A stretch of 64,000 nt of DNA from Marsupella aquatica. Taxonomy: Eukaryota > Plantae > Marchantiophyta. The stretch is from the NCBI GenBank assembly GCA_973895155.1, contig OZ316893.1, positions 5,718,171-5,782,170 of the forward strand. Reading direction: 5' to 3'. The notes beneath the pieces were generated by a model. The model made no database searches. It saw only the letters and a program-made list of their open reading frames with translations, and had not been told where the DNA came from. Of the stretch, positions 11,766-24,118 are shown in pieces. Each line of letters begins with the position of its first letter. Position 1 is the stretch's first letter. Both the position numbers and the translations under genes were made by a program.

Positions 11766-14545
11766 ATCCGAGCCCCAACCCCACCTATGTATAGGATAAC
11801 GCAGGTCTGGGGTTACTAGACTGTGACCCCAAAGTGAAGAAAACCTGGCCTGCCTAAAACTCTGACCCTAAACCCCTTCCCATTTAATGGGCACTGTGGT
11901 CCCCTTCCCATTTCAGCTATATATTCATTTCCCCTCTAATCCACCAGCTACACAATCATAAAATACCACCTCTCTCAAGTAGTCCCTATTTTAATGTTTC
12001 ATCAGCTTTTAAATACTTTGCCACTAAAGATATTCTAATTGACAATATTGCCACTGTGTAGGTGTTCTGAAAATGTAATGTTTTCATATATGAATGACAA
12101 GTTTACCAATGCTTCATTAGCTTTTGCAGAAATCCAGATTCCCCAGGCATTCTATTTTCCATAGAACAGCTTTGTACACTCCTTGAGTAGCAGATCAGGC
12201 TGGAGTGCCTCCCACAGTTCCTAGTAAATAGATGATATGAAAGTCGAGAAGAGTATGTTGAGTATGGTATGCACTCCCCTTCTGGGATGAGTGCGGGGAA
12301 TGCCACTTTCCAGTATCCCGTCCCACATAATCTCCTCCATATCTTAGTTTTAGTGGAACATATGCTACCAGTCTCGATTGCAATTCAGCATAAGAAACCT
12401 GCTATAAACTTTTGATTGTCATTTGTTGAATTTTGTCGAGGTTGAATTTATCCCTGCAATCCACTGTAGCAGCGTGCAGTGTAGCTACACTGTACCGTGC
12501 TATTAGTTTGATTGAAGATTAGTGTGACGACAGCTTTATGTCCCAATCATTTTTTTTAACATGAAACACACTAATTTAATACATTTGAGTGGGTTGTGAT
12601 TCTGCATCTGTTGATTCAGGCTAGTTCTCACATCTTTGAGAGTAATTATACCCAAAATGACCCAGTTAAGTTAATCCTTCAAGTGATTGAATGTTTTCTT
12701 AAGGAAATTGGGGAAAATGTCGTCCATGTTTACTGAAACTTCTGGGCTGGAATGTTAAGCAAGTCATTTTACGGAAGCTTAATTTTTGAGCATTAAAATC
12801 AGTGACTCAAAGGGTGACATGTAGTGTACTGCAATTAGAGTGACACTAAAATAGATGTGACTCGCATTATTTCATGTGTGGCACAATATCTTAAGGGCTA
12901 TATAGTGACTGGCAGGGTGATCTAAAGGGTACTGCAATTAGCATGACACCAAAATAAATGTGGCTCACACCATTGCATGTGTGACAAACACATATTGCTG
13001 TGGACAAGTACTCCAAAGGAGCATACCTGCATTAAAATCTAAGGGGAGTGAAGCACTATGCAAAACAATGACAAGAAATCATCCACTTCTGAAAGTGTGA
13101 ACAAGGTAGATTGGTGATGCATTGTGCTACACAGACAGCAGTTTGACGCAATTACTGTAAGACCTTGTTTGAATCAGGCTTCCTTGGCAGCTAGTGAATC
13201 TGAGTCTCACTGGTGCACTGAGTATTTAACGCATGCATTCAATATATGGTAACTGAGTATCATTAGTGGATTATTCTATACCATACGTATTGTGCCAAAA
13301 GTTGTTTGTTTGATACTGAGTTAGGGCATAAAGACTAGATTTATATTTTGGGGGCCTCATGGATGTAATAGAGCTTCAAAATTTCCCGGAATCTAAGGTT
13401 GTGTGGGTCGTAGCCTAGGCTAAGGAATAACTTAGTTGTGCCAAACCAGTACTTATTTAAACTTAGTGAGAGAGAGATGCATATAGAAGATGTTACCAAC
13501 ACCCAGTCAAGGCAAGGTCAAGTCTTGTCAATGTCTTAACATATGCAACGCATTTCACACAAATTTTGACAAGATTAAAACTATCTTTGTACATGTCATT
13601 ACACAGTCGAGAGATTTATATTGTCCTATTTGCAAAGTGAGTCCGTGAACATAGTCCCACAACATATTGTGGTTGAGCATTGCGTTGTTGTGTAGGGGAT
13701 CAAACAATCAAGCATTGTTTATTAGTCTACTGATGAGTATAATACTTTAAAGGCATTGGTTGTTTTCACAAAGGAATAAGACAACAACTATGCGGTGTTT
13801 CACAACATCTTGTCAAGAAGCGTAAAGTAGACCATCCACTAAAGCTGGAAAGTAGTTGACATTGACCACATGAACCGTCAAGGTCGTCCTTCAGCCTCCA
13901 TCCTTCTGGCGGATCTGGTTACCAATAGGAACCAATCCATATCCTTTGTTTCTGCTACCTGGTGTTGTGGTGGTAACGAGGAGACATGGGCCAGCTTAAG
14001 GCTAGCTTAAGAAATTTTCAACACAATACATTTTCAACAGTGGTGGTTTAGTGTGCACACCTGATGCGTTCAAGCCGTGGTGAAGGTGTGCCTCATGTTG
14101 GGTCAGACATCAATCCCTGAGCCATCTGTTCTGAGAGCTTGTGCAGGTTCACATAATTATACTGGTAGTGGTGCAGGTGGGACTCGTGCTGCAAGCTCTG
14201 TGTGTGCTAGTCTGTTCTTAGAGCTTGTGGGGAATTCTCCCCAGGTCCTCACTTCTTTCCTTCGGCCACAAAGGGATAACTATCTTTCACAAACACAAGA
14301 TGAACCTTATTGGCTCATATAGCACAAATACACAACCTATATACCTGGCTAATATGGTATACTCTACTACACTTAGAAGGGTGTGATATACATGTGTATT
14401 AATTGTGGGGTTGTGTATTGTATATTATGTTAATGTATGTGTATAGATGCATATAGTACAATAGTAGTAAGACTAAAATTCTTTCTTTATTGTTAGTTGG
14501 GGCTGTGTTGATTCAGAAAAATGTCAGTATGCTGTTGTGCCTGGT

Positions 14546-14547
<2 letters not shown>

Positions 14548-14590
<43 letters not shown>
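14548..14590. repeat. (AG)n microsatellite
   Basis: Uninterrupted AG run of about 21 units. Confidence 0.95.
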
Positions 14591-14593
<3 letters not shown>

Positions 14594-14839
14594 CCCATTG
14601 TGTGGACAATAACAATTCCCAGCAAAATAGTGTTCATGCTTTACAGTATTAGCTACATCAAGACACCACCTTGGTGTTTGTTTTGCTATTAAGTAAGGGC
14701 TTGAGATCTGTCAGCTATTTAGATATTTGGAACATTAGCCAAAGTGGCTACTATTTCTATTTTACCCAACAAACACAGGTCTGGTTATGGAGCATTTAAT
14801 TTCAATTATATATTACTAGCCCAATGCCTTTGCGTTGCA

Positions 14840-15280
14840 CAAAAGATGTTGAGGTGAAAAACGATGTCAAATTGAAGAAAAGATGTTGGTGTGAAAAAAG
14901 TTGTCAATGAGAGAAAACAATGTCGAGGTGAAAAAATGTTGTGTGAGTTGTCGATGAGAGAAAAAGATTTCAATGGGAAGAAAAGATGTTGGTGTAAAAA
15001 AAGTTGTCGACGAGAGAAAAAGATGTCCAGGTGAGGAAAGGAAATCAAAGTGAAAAAAAGATGTTGAGGAGAGAACAGATAACAAGGTGAAAACAAGATG
15101 TAAAGATGAGGAAAACATGTGGAGAAGTGAAAAAATGTCGATGGTGAGGGCAAGATGTCGTGATAAGATAAAGAACTCAAAAAATGCTAGTGCATTGCAC
15201 AAAAGATTTTAAGGTGAAGGAAAGATGTTTAAAAGAGAAAACAATATCTAGGTGAGGCAAAGTTGTCAAGGAAACACAAA
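14840..15280. repeat. Degenerate minisatellite, about 17-18 bp unit (AAAGATGTTGAGGTGAAA-like)
   Basis: AAAGATGT.../GGTGAAAA motifs recur at regular spacing. This explains the F/L/S-rich antisense ORFs here. Confidence 0.7.
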
Positions 15281-15675
15281 ATATGCAGGCAAACTCATTC
15301 CCTATGAACCGCAAAAACGATGTAGCATAAAAATGTCATTGTTAATTTGATGGTGATTGTCATTGTAAGTTGCAAAAATATTATCATTTTGGTCATTATT
15401 GTGAACGTGATATTGTTGAGGAGGATGAAGGTGAGAACACAGAGATGCAAGATGGGAGACAGTGGCCATTACATCACGGAGTCATAGGGTGATCACCCCA
15501 AAAAATGATGCAATTTTTATGAAAATTAAAATAGTTTTAATACATAAATATATACATGCTTTTTGTTTTTAAATGGGGGGCAAGAGAATACAAAATTATC
15601 TTACTTTATCCTTTTCTCTAATTTTCCCTACCTTTTTCATTCTCCTCTTCCTCAATTTTTGTTCCTTTTTATCCT

Positions 15676-15883
15676 ATATTTGGCCCTCCCCCTTTGTTTC
15701 CTCCATGCCAATTTCTCGTTACCTCCTCCCTGATCTTTGGATAGTGCTTCATCTCTTATATTTTCATGAGATTATAATGTATTTTTTATTTTATTTGGCC
15801 CTCCCCTTTTTTTCCTCCATGCCAATTTCTCGTTATCTCCTCCCTTATCTTTGGATAGTGCTTTATCTTTATATTTTCATGAG
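15676..15883. repeat. Tandem duplication, about 115 bp x 2
   Basis: TATTTGGCCCTCCCCTTT..TTCCTCCATGCCAATTTCTCGTTA.CTCCTCCCT.ATCTTTGGATAGTGCTT...TATATTTTCATGAGA occurs twice. Confidence 0.85.
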
Positions 15884-16159
15884 AGTATCATATATAATCA
15901 TCGCACCCTTGTGAAGGTGTAGTCCCCATAGGAGAGTAAAAGTAAAAAATACTACAATTTATAATTATACTCTCAAATATAATTGTTCATGTTGTCACGT
16001 AGACTATTACAATGTCATTACGTGTTTATGAGTACCTTGCCACGGAATTAATAATCAAACAGTTACAAAAAATCACCCAAAAGATCTAAAGATTGTCATT
16101 CATTCTCGTCCAAAATGTATTTTGTAACGGGATGACAGACTAAATTGAGTTATATTCAA

Positions 16160-16420
16160 TATTATTTTGGTAGTGGCTGTGAAGAAAATGGCCCTCGTTG
16201 TGGACTAGTTTATGGTAAATAATTAATTTATAGATTGGAGTGAAATAAACATTTTAATAGTGGCTGTGAAGAAAAAAGCCCTCATTGTGGACTATTTTAT
16301 GAAATAATTGATTTATGGATTGAAGTGAAATAAACATTTTAGTAGTGGCATTGAAGAAAAAAAAGCCCTTGCAGTGGACTATTTTATGGTAAATAATTGT
16401 TTTATAGATTGAAGGTGAAA
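16160..16420. repeat. Tandem repeat, about 87 bp x 3
   Basis: TAGTGGC..TGAAGAAAA...GCCCT....GTGGACTA.TTTATG..AAATAATT...TTAT.GATTG occurs three times. Confidence 0.85.
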
Positions 16421-16639
16421 CAGTCATAATAATTGAATGAAATGATTAATATGTTATTTATTTTATACTTTTTCCCAAAATATAATATAATTATATATTT
16501 ATAGTTGTATCGAGCACATATCAAAATTTGGTTGGGCACATACCCCGAAGAGCTGTTGCTGAGAGACAGTTTTGTTCTCCTCTGTCACAACAACAATTTC
16601 TGGCTTAATGTCGTTGATGAATAGATAGATAGATCGCTA

Positions 16640-18832
16640 TTGTCCCGCACAAAGCAAAACATACATGCAATTGCAGCCTGGCTCTCTCACTACTGGATCA
16701 GCGGGGTGCATTTGACTGGTTTGCTATTCTTCTTTATTGTCTTCAATCTTTAGGAATAGATGGATAGGGCAAACGTACATAAGCAATTTAAAGGAAGATT
16801 AGTTGATCGAAGTGGGTTGGAAACTTAAAACAACAAACAAATGGACAAAAAGAGTTCAAGAGAGGATAGAAACTACAAAGTAAAAGTAATTCAAAGGAGG
16901 AGAAACAAGTAAAGATTTTATGGTAATCTCTCATTAAACCTAAGTTTATTTGTATTCACAAGGAGATTATTTTTATTAATTAACAGTCTCCTGAATAAGT
17001 CTTTTCATCTAACCAATCACAAAAAGAATAAAAGTAATCTGATTGCATGAAAAAGAATTTTGGAATGGAATGCCCTCGCTGCTCTTGGGAATAACAATTG
17101 AATTAAATAATTAATGCATTATTAATGGGGTGAAAAATATTTTTGTATTTTAATTAAGTAAAAATAGAAATAGTGCATTTTTGTAAATATTGAATTTCAA
17201 GACAAATATTTTATGATGTGTGTAGAAAATACTAATTCAAAATTTTGTTATTTTGTTATGAATGTTCTCTATTTAAATAATGATTGAGTTGTGGATAGTA
17301 GTCCAGTACATTATGAAGTTTTAATTCAGTGTCATTGTATTCTATTTTATTAATTCTCCTAAGTTTTGCTTCCAAGTGGGGATCTCTTTTCAGGAATTTA
17401 ATCATGTTTTGAATAGTTGATAATGTCTCAAGTTGATTTCCAAGAGTCCAAAATTGGATGTTGCAGTGCCCAATCTTTGTCATTTTTGTGTCTTGATAGC
17501 ATAACCATGGCAGACTGTGCAGTCCTTGATATTACCTCCTCGTGCAAAGATTCTTAAATCTATAATACATTTCCTTCCGGCAAGGCTCATTCCCTGGCTG
17601 AAAAATTGTGTTATCGCATGAACTCCAAGCCAATGCATTGTCATTCTAGTTATTGAAATGCTTGAAATACTCATTCTATTTTGCAAATTGTATCTGTCAT
17701 CTCCAGGACTGATTTTTTTGGACTGTTTTTCTGGTTTCATAGGAATAAGTTTTTGTGGTAGGTCTAAGACAAAGCATTCTGGAATTTGGAACATAAATGA
17801 GTACATATTTTGGTAGAGTTCGATATGGTTTTGTTATGTTATTTGGTGGTTTGTTGGGATTGAGAGTTATAGAAAATGCATAGCCTAGATTGTTTGTCGT
17901 GTTTCTTGCATCAAAATATTTATTGTCAATGAAAGCAATAGCCATGTCATGGTAGTAATATTGCCATTTTGGTGTTTTGTCAATTGAAATATTGTCGACA
18001 ATGAGTTGTAAAGGAGAAGGAAGTGGCTTGTCAAAAATTGTGTCTTGTGTTTTCCAACAAATAAATCTTTTGCCATTAAGGTTCACTTGATATTTTGGTT
18101 CATTGAAATCTATCGGAACCCTGAGAGCGTGGCGCATTACAATATATAGTGGGTTGGACCATGTTGATGAATTCATATCTGGACCTGATTTCATCCCAAT
18201 GGCTTTTTCTTGAAGGGAGTCAATAAATATTGAATCAAATGTTTCATTTTGCAGTGTTTCGCATCTTGCCAATAGTTTCCTGTTTCTGTGTTATCTTGTC
18301 TTTTCTACATAGTTAAGTTCTAATCACATTTATGGACGTCCATAAGTTTCTTTGGAGATATGTGTCGCTTGGCTCGTATGACGTCTTGTTCCTCACAGAG
18401 CAACACATACACACAATTGCAGCCTGGCTCTCACTGCTAGATCACCGGGTGCATTTGACCTGTTTGGGATTCATCTTCAGTGTCTTTCACTGTCTTGGAG
18501 TTTCAGGAATAGATGGATAGAGCAAATGTACAGAATCAATTTAAAGGAGATTTGTCAAAATGGAATGGATTGAAAACTTGGAACCACAAACGACTGGACA
18601 AAGAATTCAAGAGCCGGGTCTAAACTACAAAGTAAGAGTAATCAAAAGTAGGAGAAACAAGCAGAGATTTTTTGGTAATCTCACCAAAGCTAAGCCTATC
18701 TATATTGACATGAAGATTATTTTCGTTAATGAACAGTGGTATCTCTTGAATCAGTCACAAAAAAATAAAGGTCATTTGATTGGACCAAATGTGAATTTTT
18801 TGGAATAGATAGCTCTCCTTACTCTCGTGAAT
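16640..18832. repeat. Diverged direct repeats of about 450 bp (about 16640-17090 and 18390-18832) flanking a decayed ORF
   Basis: Shared colinear anchors CAATTGCAGCCTGGCTCTC, GGGTGCATTTGAC, AGGAATAGATGGATAG, AAACTACAAAGTAA, GGAGAAACAAG, GGTAATCTC and TTTTGGAAT. Confidence 0.8.
17256..18272 (-). pseudogene. Decayed AT-rich intron-less reading frame of about 340 codons, unknown family
   Basis: ORFs 17697-18272 and 17256-17483 are in the same frame (789 nt apart). The intervening frame stays protein-like (LAWSSCDNTIFQPGNEPCRKEMYYRFKNLC...LHSLPWLCYQDTK) with four isolated stops. Confidence 0.5.
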
Positions 18833-19473
18833 TTTCTGACTATTCTAGAGCATTAGGTCTGGTTATGGAACAGTTTATTTCAATCATAGAGTATTTTCTG
18901 GCTATTGTAGAGTATTTACTCAACAATCCCCCATACTGCATTAGGTGGCAAATGAAACCTAAATTTTAAATTTGAGCATGAACTCCTGCCTTATGGGTAA
19001 GTGCTTGGCTAATTTCCACCCACAAAAATATGGCTGGCCTACGGTATGGTGACTCCCGATTGAAGCAGTATATGCATGCCAATCAGTCGAAATCTTGGAG
19101 GAAATCAGTCGCTCCTTGGTCTTTCGAGCCTGCCTACTGATGTGTGCAATTTTACCTCATGAGGCGGCAAACTCTCATGAGGCGGCAAACTGCTGGAGCG
19201 ATGCGTCTGACGAGCACTATGATCGAGACCAGAATGTTATAGACGCCCCTTTGCGCACCCGTCATTTGTAGCAACGTTCTCTACAAGGGTTGAAATTGTG
19301 TGCGAGTGAATGGTGGTTGCCTTTCCGATTTGTTGCTACCCCCTCGGATGGTTGTTGTTCAATCATAGTTACATTGAAAATTATAGATTGTCCATCGATT
19401 AAATTGACTGTCACCATGCCGAATCACCTGATTTGAACTAATCTACATGTAGAATCAAATGGCTCCCTCAACT

Positions 19474-20619
19474 TCATTCAAATGCACGCTTCAACGCAGT
19501 GCAAGCCTCTTTGTAAATCTCCTCTATCGCCGGATCCCACTTCAGTGGATTCAGACTCTTATCCCACGCATGCGCGACCCCTTGCACCATCCCGTACACG
19601 ACCTCCTTCCCTGCTTCACCCCTCAATCGATCCCGCATCCGCTCCGCCTCCACGAGCAACTCATCCCACTCGCAGGTGTACATAATGATGTGATCCGGCA
19701 ACGCGCGCAACATTGGCAAGGGCGCTAGGCATGGGGAAAGGTAAGGACTGGACAGCACCACTTCGGTGTCTGGGAGGTAGGATGCATCGAAGAGCTCAGT
19801 GAAAAACTCCGGGAGCTCCTTTTCAGGCCTGATGTTTGTCGATCGGCGTTCCGATCTCGTGTTCGTGGCAAAGTCTGTGCTCGGGTACCAGGCTACAATG
19901 GCAACAGGGTTCCAGATGGCAGAGGGTTCGTCCAGGAGGGGAGCGGGTGAGGTCACCACAATGCTGTTGCGTCCATCCCGATCCTGCTCTGCCTCGGGAC
20001 GAAGATTATGAAGCACGTCCTGTAGCTTCAGCGCGACCGTGAACGCCATGTTCCCACCTGCTGAGAAGCCACTGATAGCAATCCGTAGAGGGTCGATGCC
20101 AAGCTCATCCGCATTTGCCACTAGGTATAGGATGGCATCGACGCCATCCTCGACCGCTGTAGGAAACGGATGCTCAGGTGCCAATCGATACTCCACGGAG
20201 ACTACCACCGCATTCACCTCCCGCACGATCGCATCTGCCCATCGCACGTCATCGCTGGCTTGGCCGATGGTGAAGCCACCGCCGTGAAAATTGACCACCA
20301 CGGGGTAACCTCGTTGCCCAGCAGCAACAACAGCAGGAGCCCCTTCACCCTTCTCGCGGGGAGGCTGAGATCGCTGGTTGTACTCGGGGGGCGTGTAGAA
20401 AAGCAATTCAATTTCCCCACGTTCTGGCGATACCGTGGTCGGAATGCGCCTGCGAAACGAGGGGGCAGGCGGGCGTGGATGGGCCATTTTGTGGAGGTAC
20501 ATCGCCATGGCCATTATCGCTCGCCATGTTTGAGCTTGAAGATGAAGCCTCCACCGTGATGCAGCCTCTACTCGAGTCGCTGCAAGCATCTGCACACAGT
20601 GATGGCAGTCAAAATTCAT
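19474..20619 (-). CDS. HSL-family alpha/beta hydrolase (esterase/lipase, Abhydrolase_3 type), fungal-like
   Basis: VVVNFHGGGF oxyanion motif, VSVEYRLAPEHPFP, nucleophile elbow GFSAGGN, acid in CEWDEL and His in GVAHAWD. The CDS has no introns. The real start may be ATG 20589, directly after a TGTGTGCAG acceptor. Confidence 0.9.
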   Translation of the reverse strand: MNFDCHHCVQMLAATRVEAASRWRLHLQAQTWRAIMAMAMYLHKMAHPRPPAPSFRRRIPTTVSPERGEIELLFYTPPEYNQRSQPPREKGEGAPAVVAAGQRGYPVVVNFHGGGFTIGQASDDVRWADAIVREVNAVVVSVEYRLAPEHPFPTAVEDGVDAILYLVANADELGIDPLRIAISGFSAGGNMAFTVALKLQDVLHNLRPEAEQDRDGRNSIVVTSPAPLLDEPSAIWNPVAIVAWYPSTDFATNTRSERRSTNIRPEKELPEFFTELFDASYLPDTEVVLSSPYLSPCLAPLPMLRALPDHIIMYTCEWDELLVEAERMRDRLRGEAGKEVVYGMVQGVAHAWDKSLNPLKWDPAIEEIYKEACTALKRAFE

Positions 20620-23600
20620 TCTTTTGATGTGTGAAACTCATCAAAACTTAAGGACCGACGGTAGAGTAAGCAAATAAACACCAAAACTCTATGAGGATAA
20701 AATTCAATACATTCAGTGTCAGACATGGGGCAAAAAGTAGTCCGCAGATGATTTTCAAAATACTATTCAATCGCATCAAAAAGATAGGACGGTGATTGAC
20801 TTTTGGACCCTCTCCAAGAGGCAACTCAGATTTTGAGGGACTAAATATCAATAATCATGCATTCATTGATTGCTAGATCTAAGCAACGGACACAACAAGA
20901 GTGGAACAAACTAAGAATGATCCCACTGCAAATCCGTGCACGATCACATCCATGGCGTCAAAGCAACAGCTCCAACACATCTGGATGGAACAAGTTCTTT
21001 TTCTAACTCTGCAAAATCTGTTGACGAACACATCCGTGGAGAGGGAGTAGCGAACAAAAAACGCTGTTTCTCAACCTCAGTAAAATTTAAATGATCCATG
21101 TCACAGTAAAATCAAAATACAAAACAAAGCTGCAACCAGATCAAACATAATTGGCGAACGAAAAATTGTCCAAAATCCCCCAAACTAGCGTACGTGCACA
21201 CTAGTCCACTCTGCACTAAACCCTGGAACCATTCAAGTCCGTTCTTCGCCAGTCTTTGAACTGGACGTTCACCATCCTCCTACTCGTGGTTTAAGCTCGA
21301 AAGCCATTACTCACAGAAATCTCCTTACTGTACACCAACGGAGGGAAAGACAAGAACGGAAACGAAACGAGGGCGGTGACAGCAGCAGCAGCACCACTGT
21401 CCGGTAGGCCACCCAGCTAGCCAACCCAATTAGGCAAAGCAAGCCGAGGAGAGCAGTGAAGACGTACCAGAACCACGGGGAAAGCGGAAGCAGTGACCCA
21501 TAGCGTCAACAACCCAACCCACATAATTATGACTATATTTGCACTCCACCCGACATGACGCAGAGCTCCCACCGGTCCAGTCCAATTATCTTTCTCGCAA
21601 CGAACAACGTCACGCTCGCCACTCGCGAGCACTCAAGCCGGCGAGGAAGGAATTCGAACCACCCGACGAACCAAATTGTTTCAACCCCGCAGAATGTTTT
21701 TGCATACAAACCAGAGACGTTCGCCACCTTTAGGACCGCAGCAGAAGAGAGAGTACAGACGGGAAACACTCGGATTACGTTTTGCCACAAATGCACGGCA
21801 AAACAACGATTACACGTCCTCTTTTTCTCTCGTCGTGTCTCTCGTCTCTGTCCTTTTGTCTGTCAATCAGTCGCCTCTGCTCTCCTCCCTCCACACTCTC
21901 CCAACCTTCACAGGCAACATGCTGGTAAGACCCATGGGTGAAGCCACGCGCCGTCGGTCGGGCCAGACATCTGGTACTGTCTCAGCGCTGCTGGAAGCGC
22001 CAAGTAGCTTCCTGAACAACCCTTTCGGGAGCAAAACGTGGAATTGGAATCTTGAGGAACTGTGGCCCAGCTTTAGTAAAGAATTCTTTCAAGACAGCCA
22101 AGATGATCCGACATCGTCGCAAAGTCTTGCAGCGTCAAACCTGGTTACGTTGACGGAACATAAAGCGGACGAGGTCCTTGCTTTTGACAAGCGTGTCGCA
22201 CGGCACCGCACAGCACTGGGACCGACAGTGTAGGACTACTGCAGCTACTTCAAAAGAGGAGTACCTTACACTCGAGTCGTTGTTGCTACTTGAAACAACA
22301 GCTATCTGCTTTAGCTTGGCGTCCTTCATTACTTCTCAAAACAACTAATATCTTAACTTCTGAAGGGGCGCCTGGCGATAATGGAGATGATGGGTCTTCG
22401 CTCTTGCAGCAATAATAGGATATGCCGCCCACGAGTGGAAATTCAGAAGGAGTGCCCGTTACATAGTAGTTACCAAAGAGACGCGCATCTGTGTATAGTC
22501 ATGCTATTGGGCCAAAGATTATCCAAATCAACAACAGACACATGTTTGAAAACTCGAGCGATCAGGAAGCAGGTGAAATGTGAAAGAGAATCCAGATCCT
22601 AGATTTAAAAAATAACATAAGAGGTTGACTTTTGGAGATTGGAGGAACAGACCAGCTGCGGAGCCACGAAAGCGAGCTCGAAATCAACCTCGGATTCGCA
22701 TCAAAGACAAGGGATCGACTACTAATGCTCGCAGTAGCATACAGAAAATTCAAGCAAGCTTGGACCGGTTGGCAAATCAATCAAATTGAGAACAGCGGGA
22801 GACCGAGTTCCCCTGGCTACTTTGCATGACTGCGAAGTGCGCAGCCAGAACACGGTACTCAAAGCCCTCCAATAGCTAGAGAAATTCATTGTCGTCACGC
22901 AGGACCGCAATGACAACCAAAAGTAAACGCAAACAAAATTGTGGATGAACGCGAAGCAAAAGTTCCCCGATTTTCTGGCATTTCTTTCCAAAAGCATGCA
23001 CGACGACCAGGTCACGCTCCAACTTGCCATCACACAAGCGCAATTGCTCCTTTGCTGTAGATATCACCGGAGATTGCATTCCATCAAAGTCCGCAGCACC
23101 CGCAGCAATTCTTCACCTTCTTCCTAATCCCCCTTATGCGCTGCCCTCATACAACCCTCTGCTCGTCCTTCCTCTTCGCAGCACGACCAAATAAACCCAT
23201 GCGGAGACCTCTTTTAGTTTCCTTCGGAATCCATATCACCATCCAGATCAGCTCACCAATCACACCAAGTACCTTGCTTCCTACTAATTTCAAGCTCTCC
23301 TACGTGCCAGGAACAGGTCGCATCATCCACCATTTGCTTCAACTTAGGACTCACTTTACGAAGATCGTGAAAATATATACCCATAGTCTCCGCCCTTGCA
23401 ATATCAATGGCGCTAAAGGGAGCGGAGTCTCGCTCATTTGCCCAGAACTCCCTCCCTACTGCCAAGAATATGCTGTGCTCTATCAGGTTGTCCATTCCGG
23501 ATACGAATCAGCAAACAAATGCCTTACGAGAGTGATCCTTTCGACAGAATTGTAGACAAATCAGTCAGAAATCGACACTAAAAATTCCCTTGCAGGATCC

Positions 23601-24118
23601 TTTTCTTCCTTGAGAAGGCAACGTCTATAGTACTCACACAATTCTGCATACAGCAGGTGACACAATCTTGGATAGCCGTAATCCAGCAATTGTCTTCGGA
23701 TTAACACTAACATTTTTTCATGAATGCAAGCCCAATCGGCTAAAAACGACCTCCACTAATGCTTTTCCCACAATCAACAAACTTAGCAAAGAATTCTATG
23801 CATGCTCCATGAGGCTCCAAATTGCCAATCTACTGTAACTCGGGGTCAGAACCCAGTACTGTACAGCTCTCACAAACTAACACATTGCACATATATCTAC
23901 TCGGAGCCTGATCAGAAGACAGAATTCACCCAACGCTATCTGCTACTGAAAGCGACAACCATGTTCCCACTCCTCAACTCCAAAACTTGCAAGACGCTGG
24001 ATTAAGTAAAATTCCCATATAAGACTCATGACCACAATTCCCTAACAAAATTTAACTTTATTTCTCTCGAACCAAATATTGGTTTTTACACATTATTTAA
24101 ATACACGGACGTTTTCTT

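Noticed and set aside
14806-15914. Hydrophobic F/L/S-rich ORFs resembling membrane proteins
   Set aside because: They translate low-complexity minisatellite and duplicated T-rich DNA.
16640-18832. LTR pair (TRIM/LARD) interpretation of the 450-bp direct repeats
   Set aside because: No TG...CA termini, PBS, PPT or TSD were found, and divergence is high.
21555-23555. ORFs of 100-185 aa between the hydrolase and CLASRP-like genes
   Set aside because: No domain motifs or consistent splice pattern. More likely UTR, intron or promoter DNA, although a small gene cannot be excluded.
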